64,000 nucleotides of DNA, taken from positions 11,532,001 through 11,596,000 of the forward strand of contig CM074522.1 of the NCBI GenBank assembly GCA_037379345.1. Direction: 5' to 3'. The translations under genes were made by a program, and so were the position numbers. The stretch comes from Perna viridis (taxonomy: Eukaryota). Below the pieces are notes generated by a model. It had not been told where the DNA came from. It searched no databases and worked only from the letters and a program-made list of their open reading frames with translations. Positions 1-10,000 of this stretch are shown piece after piece (within the stretch, counting starts at the first letter, position 1; every line of letters begins with the position of its first letter).

Positions 1-2950
1 GCAACAACGAACTTTTGATGTTTCGTCTAATATTAATAATTCTGCAAGCTCTGCCGACTTATATAATGTTCATGTCACCGAACATTCTGGATCTATTGAA
101 CAGCCCAATCAAGTGATGGGAACATCTGCTGGCACTACAAACTCTGACTCCGGGATTCCAATGAATTCTCAGATAAACAATTTGATTCAAAACATTCTAG
201 ATTCAGAGCCATCGCCTAGGGTCACTTCTATAGCTCCTGGTCAGCATACTGCTGCTGATCTTACAACAAGTATACCAATAGTTGCGCATATTTCGCAAAA
301 AACTTAAGGACAAGATTTGGAATTTTGACTATATTGATTTAAAAATTTTATTTCCAAAAAATACATGTCAAGATCATGACTCATGGGCAGTAACTCTAAC
401 TTCAGGGCAAATTTCTGTCCAGAATAGTCAAAATTCCAATGTCAAATCTAAATATTCCTTATCCCTTTTTGATTGGAATGAGGCTTTCCCTATATTTATG
501 GCTGTTTATCTGTTGAGGATGCTTTTCGTATTCTTCCCATTCATTCCTCTGACTATCATTTATTAGGTTTAGAATGGGAGGGCTATTTTTATTATGATAA
601 GTGTTTGCCCATGGGTGCTAGTAGCAGTTGTCAAATATTTGAGACTTTTTCCTGTGCTTTGCAGTGGATTATGGAGTTTAATTACAGTGCTATTGGCATG
701 TCCTATTTTATTGATAATTTTATCTTTGTGGGTCCCCAAATTCATCTAGATATTTGAATGAACAGAATATTTCTTTTAGCATTGTGCTCAAAGATAGGAG
801 TTCCAATTAAAAAAGGAGAAAACTGTACGCCCTATGACAATACTGACAGTGTATGGCATTGAGGTTGACTCCAGTCAGTTAGAATTGCGTTTACCTGAGG
901 ACAAGGTAGCAAAGATTCGTGCAGCTTTAGCTATCAGTTATAAGCAAAAAAAAAAAAAAGCTTTATAGGACTTCTTAATCATACATGCATTGTGGTGAGC
1001 CCTGGTAGAACTTTCCTCAGGCGTCTCATCGACCTTACTTTGGGAATTTCAAAGGCACATTATTATATCAGGTTAACTGAAGCAGCTATGGCTGATCTTA
1101 GGGCTTGGTAGTATTTTCTAGATTCCTTTAATGGAAAATCAGTCTTCTTAGCTGATAAGTGGTTGTCTTCTGACCATTTGTTCCGAATTTAGATTCTCAG
1201 GCAAGAACGATCCTGCACTCAGCTCTTTCCAAGACAACCAAATCTGCATACAGACATAGTTGAAAATTAATAATTGAATATTGTAATTTTAAGAAATTGA
1301 TTTTGTCATTATCTTTACCTTCGGTGCTAATTTGCAACTTCATTGGTCATTTATTTGCCAGGTCCTATAGTCCTTCTACTATTACATCACACATATCAGC
1401 TCTAAGTTATATCCATACAATTTTGGTCATTGAGGACAAATCCAACTCATTTATTGTCCGGACAATGCTTAAAGATTGTGATAATGCCCAAGGTTCCAAA
1501 TGTGACTCTCGCTTACCAATTACTAAAACCATTTTAACCCACATGTTGTCTAAGATTGAAGTATGTATCAGTGATTATTCTATTGGATTACACCTCAAAG
1601 CTGTTTTTCTGTTATCATTTTCTGCATTCTTGCGTTTAGGAGAGATTTTGTCATGGTCAAAGGATGACTCAACTAGAATAATACAAACAGGTGATGTTCA
1701 ATTTTCTGATTTTGATAAAGATATGTCTTCCCCTCACCCAAAAACAGCCACATTGACGCTGTGCCATTTTAAGAACATTTAGTCACATCACCCTGTCTCA
1801 ATATCTCTGGCAGCTTATTTGTCTGACCCAGCTTTCTGCCCTGTCAGAGCGTTGTTTGTATACTTACAGCATTTTGGTCAGTTTTCTAACCATAAACCTG
1901 TAACCCACCATTTTGTTGCTACACAAATGGCCAGAATTTTACAATTCATTGGTATAGACAATACAATATAAATATATCGGAATTGATACTTTTAAATTGC
2001 AGTACATTTAGCTGTTTTACTTATTGAATGAGGCAAGGATTTGCCTGCTCATGGGGACTTCCATCCATTTATTACAATGTACGCTTACCTATACCAAATG
2101 TATTTCTGTTATTTAGAGTTTTTTTCTATGTGTAATCGTTTGTTGTATTGCTTGTGCTTATGTTTATCAGATGTGAGGCCATGATTTGCCTGTTCAGGGA
2201 CCTTTCAAGTTTCGATTCACTTATTCACTTTCATGTAAATATAGTACATCTTGTTGCCTTAACAGATAGGACGCCAGGATTTGTCTGCTCCTTATAAGTT
2301 TTAACATTATATGTACATTGTACACGTATGTTATTGTTTTTCATGTGACATGGCATTAAAGACATTGACAGGTATGGTTATATGTACATGTAATTCTCTC
2401 CTTTTAACAAGTGGGTACATGTCTTGGGACGGATTTGATTGCTTAGATGTAATTATATTTCGTATGGGTGACAAAGTTGTCACCAGCCCTGGCTCATGTT
2501 TCATTTCCTACATAATATTCGTTATACCATATAAACATGTAGGTATCTGTTAAATTGTATGTACCGTTGGTCAGCCTATGGCTGCTTCGGTAAATGTACA
2601 CGCTGTTTTTCAGTATTACTCTTACATGTATGTGTTCTAATGTGTTGGAAAGATTGTTTTATTCTTTTGATTTTATCCCGAACCTCCCTGTGCTCGCTAC
2701 TCCAGGTATGGCGGCGCCGCCATTGTTTGTTCAATGTCGGCTATGGCCGTTTTTCAGTCCATACCTTTTTTGTTGTAAGGAATTTTGTATACTTTATTAG
2801 GGAGTGTCAACTGTATTATCAATTTTATATTATTTGTCTCATCTCAGACAGTGACACTCCAATTTAATGTACATATGTTACTTATTTTTAATGTTTGATT
2901 ATTGTCATTTAATAAATGACATTTATGAGTTCTTTTGTTTTATTTATGTC
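1..2950 (+). mobile_element. Degenerate tyrosine-recombinase retrotransposon (Ngaro/DIRS group), 5' end outside or lost
   Basis: Ordered remnants. Gag-like ~300-510 (KLKDKIWNFDYIDLK...WNEAFPIFMAVY). RT from ~516 (DAFRILPIH..DYHLLG..W...YYDKCLPMGASSSCQIFETFS..LQWI, catalytic motif decayed to FIDN). RT C-term/RNase H ~965-1170 (GLLNHTCIVVSPGRTFLRRLIDL...DLRAW*YFLDSFNG). Tyrosine recombinase 1297-1960. Frameshifts, stops and internal deletions throughout. The 3' boundary is approximate. Confidence 0.88.
1297..1782 (+). pseudogene. Tyrosine recombinase remnant of the DIRS/Ngaro element
   Basis: ORF contains STITSHISALSYIH (SAM-like N-terminal region), DSRLPIT and AFLRLGEI (catalytic Arg box). 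It ends in a premature stop, and the downstream FCPV..L..YL motif continues after the stop. Confidence 0.85.
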
Positions 2951-3019
2951 CTTTCCAAAACACTTAGTGGAGTAGCTTGCACAGTTGTTCTCCTCTTTAT
3001 CTCTAATGGAATAACTTGG

Positions 3020-3220
3020 AAATTGGTACAATATAAATAATGTTTTTAAATAGGGATTTCAACTGAGTATAGGAATAGAAGTATACAGTGTTAAAAAAAT
3101 CATAGGTTTTAATGCTATTATATTTAGATAATAGTCTTGAACTTATTGTCTTCTAAAGATCTTTCGAATTTTTCAGGATCCACATTGAATTAATACCACT
3201 ATGGAAATAACAAAAATACG
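3020..3220 (-). mobile_element. Penelope-like RT fragment
   Basis: Minus strand reads [19 protein letters not shown]...SIKTYDF.TLYTSIP. The segment at ~3157-3215 closely matches ~22319-22377 inside the larger PLE remnant. Confidence 0.7.
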
Positions 3221-3745
3221 CTTGAAAATTAGTATGTGGGATGAGATAACTCCCGTGCAACACGCCACCCCCTCAAGGGCCACTTTGCTTTGTATATCTC
3301 GTTTAGGAGAAGGTTGATTTTTGTTGGTTTTAATTTTTGTATTCTTCAACTTTTTTTTCTTTTTGTGGGAAGAAGTTAAGTGACATATATATTGATGTCA
3401 TCGACCCAACATATTTTGTTTTCATGTCAAAACCTGTAGAGTATTTATTTATGCGTCAGTTAAAACATGCTTATTTCTTATTTAATCTTTAGTGCTATCA
3501 AAATTGATTGAAGCATACATACTATAAGAGTTATAACATTGAAAAAATAATTTAAGCGATTTTGTGGTAGGGGTAAATATGTTACATACGTTAACTCTAT
3601 TACTAAGAGTAATTCTGCAAATTTCGTGATACTACTGACAAGCTATTATGCACGTATGTATTAAATTTATTCTTATTTGATTTCCCAAGAAGTCAAAAAC
3701 CTCAGAGTTAAACTAGAAAAGTATTAACTGTTTGATCCAGTAGAG

Positions 3746-4118
3746 TACAGTATCTTAACCGATCCGTGCAACAAAAATTGCCATCGGTCATCGATCACCG
3801 ATCAGTTTCCGATCAGTCATCGATCCGTCAAACCGATCCATTAAACTGGTGATCGCATAACGTGACCACAGAGCGGTCAATGTATTTTACGGTTTTTTGT
3901 TGTTTTCTTTATTAATTTTACACATATTTACATAATGTAGTATATTTAAACATCAATTAATACTTTTGTAACATTTCTTTAATTTAAAACAGATATTACG
4001 TCATTTTACATAACAAAACTGCAATCAGATCGGTCACCGGTCATCGATCCGTCAGCGATCAATCAGTCAACGGTCATCGATCCGTCAAATCGTTGCGCGG
4101 GTCGGTTCAAGGATTGTA
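3746..4118. mobile_element. TA-flanked MITE with ~27-bp imperfect TIRs and internal GATC/TCGATC repeats
   Basis: Left end tacagtatcttaaccgatccgtgcaac versus reverse complement of right end tacaatccttgaaccgacccgcgcaac. Subterminal repeats of cggtca-tcgatc-cgtca. Confidence 0.7.
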
Positions 4119-5809
4119 CATACATGATGTAGATGAGTGATTGTTCCACGTTGAACCCTCCAGGTCATGGACAACATTTACAGCGGATATAGTTTTGCGC
4201 TTCATCTCGTCTGATTTGTATATTTACGTTTGTTGAATTCTTCGTGGTTGTACCTTCTCTGAGCATGTATCAGCGGACAACTTTCTTTTAAGTACGAATC
4301 CGTTTACGCGTTACATGCTAGATAGTTGTAGTATGATGCAGGTGTACATTTTGTAACATTTAAGAGGACGAAGTTGAATATATTGATATTCATGCCTTTC
4401 ACAGTAACACATAAACCAGGATTCCAGGATTTATTTTTCGTGATAATTTGAGAAGCTTATATAGTTTAAGAATGTAAGCTATAACGATTGACATTTTAAA
4501 TTTGTTAAATATTTGTACGAACTAGTAAAGATCCTTACTCTGTATAACAGGTTAACTTCCTGACAGAATTTTATCAGGCTTATAGTGCTTCTAATTACAA
4601 AGGTTAAATTCGTATCGAAAACAATTATGGGGACTTTATAATTTACGGTTTTAGTCATTGTGTTATGTGCATTTTTCACATAGATTTTTTGTTTTTAAAG
4701 GAAACATAAATTTAATTATTTTTTGTGTTTCTTCTTTGTTCTTATTTTGCTTGGTATATCTCTTATATTTTGACGTCGTCTTTGCTATAGTGAACCAAGT
4801 AACGTCTTACTCGAGGGATTCAAAACGTCCCGGAACTGTAATAAAATAACATATAAAGATATAATACAGCAAAAAGTATAAGAGGTTTATTTATGTTATA
4901 TTTACAATGAATACATGGAAAATGAAATTAAGAGTTTTAATTATGGTACGTCATATTCAAGCGACGAGGAATACTATAGTGACTCCCGTGATTACAAAAC
5001 ATATCCAGAATTTGATGAAAATATCCAGACAAGGAGAGGTTTATACAAAAAGGAATCAAAGTGTATCATGGTGCGATTATCTACAAAGTACTTTATCTTG
5101 CAAATTTGTATTATTTATAATAAAAACGTTTTTCAAATGTTTTTTTTTCTTTTCAACATTTATAAATAGATTCGTTCCCAATAAAAAAAAATATTTATAT
5201 CTAAAACCGCCTACATTGTGAAGCGCATTCAGCCTCTAGTCTCCATATCGTAAAATGGAATTTTACATGTAAAAATATCAATTGTGACAACAATAGTATC
5301 CAGGGTAACAGTCAAGAGATTGAAAAATCCTTTTAAATTCCAGGCTAAATGAGCAGATACTATATATTTGAGAGAAGTCGATCCAGAAATCATAAAATTG
5401 GGAAGATGTTCAACTATCTATTTTGCTCATTTTGGCTTACATTATTAAAAAAAAAAGGGAAGAATTCCAACCTCCAAAGTCTTTCTTGGTTCTGACAAGT
5501 CCATTTATATATTGTTTACATTTTAATACACGTCTTGCGTCAATGATTTGATAAATTCCTTGCATTTTTTGCCGCGTGGAATCCTACAAAATTTGAATAA
5601 AATATCAAAGTATTCTAAGCATCTAAAATATTGCGGTGACTCCAATTATAAAGACCACACAAATCTTGTGACAAAAAACATAAAGATCATGCGACCAGAC
5701 AGACTGACAGACAAGACAAATATTTCTGCAATCTTTCTGTGCTAAAAAATGCAATATCTCAGCATCGAATCTCCATCCTACAACATGTAAACAAAAGCTA
5801 CAATTTAAG

Positions 5810-6161
5810 TATCAGTCCATATAAAATTAAGACACTGCCCATACTAATGTGATTTATGGAGAAGAAAACCCACCGAACAAACAATGCTTTTTCGATTTAC
5901 ATATGTTATTTTTTGTTATGTAACAGTTGTCCTTTCTACATCCAGACCTGTACTTTTGAGAAAATCATTCATTTATCTCCCACTAAAATCAATCAAATCA
6001 AACGAAATCAAGAATAATAACTCTTGCTAATTTCATAAACAATCTTTATAAATTTTATATCAAAAGCACAACAACCAAATAAAACTAAGACTGGGTATGT
6101 GATCTTTATCGGTTTCTGAACAAGAAATGAAACTTCTGTCTGACTTTTATAAAGATTGGTA
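5810..6161. mobile_element. Tc1/mariner-type MITE, copy 1
   Basis: TA-flanked cagtccatataaaatt.agaca ... tgtctgacttttataaagattggta termini. Colinear with 40685-41060, with a partial copy at ~39682-39850. Confidence 0.65.
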
Positions 6162-6594
6162 AAGAAAATGTTACAAATCAACACATGAAAATATAAAAGA
6201 TGTTCTAACTACAATATTTACAATGTGCAAGGAATTTCCCTTGTCATTTATAGCATTTGAATCTAACTTAAATTCAATGTTTCGTTTTGACAAGTTTTAC
6301 ATTAAAACTCAAGTTTAAATTCAAATACAAAACAAATGTCATACTGAAATCAAGGGCATGCCAAACTCATTATGAAGAGGTATAATTCGAATATAAATGC
6401 AGAATAACAGTTCCTAATATAAAATATTAGGAAAATAGTGAACTCCCAGAATATGAATATATACACATACATAGAGTGGCTTGAATATCATGCATGATTT
6501 TTGTCTTATCTACAAATAAATATACATGTAAAAAGAAACCTGTATAAACCGAACTCACCTGTGTAAAAACATCATTTGTCATTTAATATTAATT

Positions 6595-6605
6595 TTTATT
6601 TTATT
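6595..6605 (-). promoter_or_regulatory. Candidate polyadenylation signal(s) of the neprilysin-like gene
   Basis: Overlapping AATAAA hexamers on the minus strand ~345 nt past the stop codon. AT-rich context makes chance occurrence plausible. Confidence 0.3.
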
Positions 6606-6946
6606 TGAAACCGTGTGAACAAATACACTTTCAATCTGAATAAAGTATATATTGTCCAAATGAAGTCGGTTGTTGAAGGTTGTACTGTATCGTGTAAGTT
6701 ACCAACTTCTTATTAGTAAAACAATAACACGAGTTCACAATCAAGTATTAATGTCACCACCACGCTTTCCGGAAATGAATTAAATACTCAAGTTGTGTTC
6801 GTTTCTCTTTTGATTTCTTCATTTTGAACACACAACTGGCCGCCGTTGAGTTCCAAGATTAACCTTGGCAATTAACGGCTACACTATTTCTCGTAACATT
6901 AATCAAATGCATGAATAATGCAAAAAAAAAAAAACAAAACATGTCG

Positions 6947-7046
6947 CTACCACACATGACACTTATTATCAGGGTTCATGTAAGAGTTCTTCGTACATCT
7001 AAATATTTTTGCAAAGTCATCTGAGTTCTGAAGTGTACCAATTATT
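6947..7046 (-). CDS. Neprilysin-like exon 23 (terminal)
   Basis: [32 protein letters not shown]; 100 nt to the stop. Confidence 0.97.
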
Positions 7047-10000
7047 CTGAAGAAAAAAAAACCCAATGCGTCAATTATTCATGAAGGGTTATAACTAATT
7101 TACCGAACTGATAAAATGTAGGAAGTAGTCAAAAGGAAAAGTCTAAAAGAAAATTCCGATTGATAGATTGATTGATTGTTAGGGTTTAACGTCCGAGCAG
7201 CAATATTTCAGCTATATTCAGACGATGAACATGAAATTCCGAATAACTAATGTCAATATCAGGGTAAAACCCAGACAGTTGGAAAACCACCGCAATGGTC
7301 CTGACTAGGTTCAGGCATTTCAAAATGAAATGAAAATGAAAAGTATTAACAAGAGCCATTTAGACTGTAATTTTCGTTTTAGACCATATCCTGTTAAATA
7401 CATTACCTAAATTTGCCGGGGCTGTGAAGTCCAGTTCTTATCCTGTTGACTGACGCTTCTGGTCGCATTGTCCCACACCAAATCTGAAACCACAAATATT
7501 CAATCTACTTTTTCGCTAATCTCGGTAAGGCATATTTTTACAGTTGTATAAAATCTAATGAAGGCAATTATAAAAATAAAACATATATGCAATTATCAAC
7601 AATATACTTATCATATGGATAAGCGGTAAGTTCGAAAGAAAAAAAAATCTATGATAAAAAGATGTATTGTGTAAATGTGTGGGTTGCCGTTACATAGTAT
7701 GCATGTTTTGTTCGTTCTTTGATTTTCGAGGAAACCGAGACGATACACGCTTTTAGAAATATTTTGTAGTACTTGAATGTGTGTTTAAACTTGTTGATGA
7801 ACTTTTCGTGATCTCTATAAATATATACTATTTTTATAAAGATTATACGATAGTGCATGTGTTGCGTTTCACCATAGTTGTTACTTTTACTGATTCAACA
7901 AATGCACTTCTATAAATGATATCAAAAGTCTGAATGCAATGTCGTGTTGAAAACCCTATACGCGTTCCACATATCGTTTACATTGGGGAGACAATTTATG
8001 TCCAACATATAATACACGTCAAAACTATATACGTAAGTTTAAATGATCCAGTCGAAGTTGTGCTGTAATAGCTCAGAAAAATGTTGTGACTGTCTCTCAG
8101 CCAATTTCATGATTTGCGGTGTTATAATTACATTATTTTACCACATTTCTCCGTACTTCAAGTAAAGTTATATATGTACTATCACGTTGAAAATTACATG
8201 TAAAAATTGAAAGCATGCCAGAGATTTCACCTGCGCAAAATTAATGAAAAACAAGTGATGATCTGTGAAATTGAATAATCCTGGAAGTCTAGGTTGCTCC
8301 TCATTCTGTGTCTTCAGCCAGTTTGTATAAGCCTGGATATTAAATATTGTATCAATAGATATAATATGTCCAGTACAAGTACAAAATGTATGGAAAGAAT
8401 CCTTACATAACATTTGAGTCAATGCAAAAATAACGGCGGTTAGTTAATAAAATGAAACTAATACAATGTACTTCGTTCATACTGTGCATGATCATTGGTA
8501 GAGGTAGATATCAGACATTAATTCTACACTTCTCTAGAATCTGTTAATACACAAATAAGGATACATGTATGCTGCATATTTTTAGGTCGACAAATGTAAG
8601 CAGATCTACATTTAACATTTAACCCACCAATTTGTATGAAGTGCCTGTACCAAGTCATGACCATTTCGGTACCAGCTGCTCCGGTGGTGTAATATCTATT
8701 TTGCCATATTTATTTTTGACTTGGCGTATTATGAAACGGATTAGTGTTCGGTTTTTTTGTTGTTACCTTTGATAACCTGACTGACCAATACGAGAGTTTC
8801 CTTTTCAACCTCCCACTATTACAGATGTCGTACCTTGTCAGCAAACATTAACTTTAGAAAGAAACAGAGCTGCTCAGCCCTGGTTTTATTGGGACAGTAC
8901 TGTTTGTTTTTCTATGCATTCGTGTTTCTACTTTGTGTATTTGTGTTTCTAATTTTGGTCTAACATTCCCAATGTTGTCTTAGATTTATTCTCGTTTCCA
9001 TCTGCAATATTACTACTTCAATACTAATTAAATGCTAATTCAATAAATGTCAACATTTATATGAAATGACAAATAAATATATAAGTCAATAAATAAATAA
9101 ATAAAAGAAACTAATCATCAAGTGAAAAAGTTCTTGATACATCAAGCATCAAAAATAAAGAAGTTACTTTAGAATGCCTCTTTTAAAACAGTATTTACGA
9201 AACGAAAACCAGACCCTTCCGTATTAAATAATCATTACAAAGCATTGTTTTCTGCATCCATATGCTTGAGATTTATGCCCGTTCTCTTTTATCTTTCAAA
9301 GTTATAAAATGCGTGTTGGAAAACTTTGGTGTGCTATTTTGAGTTTAAGATTTTAAAGTCGTATTTCCGTTCGTGGAACAAAAAAATTACGATTTCCAAA
9401 CAATATGCTAAAAGTCATGTCAATTTAGAATTACTTTCAAAATTTGGCAAAAAAAAGAAATGGGAAAGCTTAAAAGCCCTTTTCACTTATGTTTTCATTA
9501 ATCAAATTTGAGCCCCTTGCAGGTCCGGGTGTCAAAAGAATTGGCCTGCAGCAGCGCTAAGCTTGTCGTAAAAGGCGACTAAATAGTGCTCAGAACCCTA
9601 GCCGGGGGCTAGGGCGCTCTGCCCACAGAGCAACTGGGTTGTTTGCCCCAGGTAGTGGAATAGGGTATCCATTGTGTGTTACATGCTGGGGTTGTCAGGA
9701 TTTAATTCGGAAAACCTGACAGGCAAACCATAGTGGTGCAACGTGTTCGGAAAGATGCACGTTGAAGAACCCTACTGTGGTATTCTCCCGGAGAAGAAAC
9801 CATAGGGTTCCGCCACAGGCGGCTAAATTGCCCGATCCTACCCACCTCTCCCTATTTCCAGTGGCAATCAATATTTCTCGACCCAATTATCCCATCACAT
9901 TTCTCATTTCATCATCATTTCATGTTCATTTTATCACCCACTTCATGTTCATCGTCTGAATATAGCTGAAATATTGCTGCTCGGACGTTAAACCCCAACA

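Noticed and set aside
9550-9592. HDV-like ribozyme in the family S head (C-UAA after a hairpin, followed by a closing stem)
   Set aside because: Only 5 nt lie between the would-be P2 and P4, leaving no room for P3, L3 or the P1 3' strand.
9695-9959. Recurrent ORFs inside family S copies (also 16418, 17453, 43176-43607, 45521)
   Set aside because: Frames, starts and stops differ between copies. They are by-products of a GC-rich non-coding repeat.
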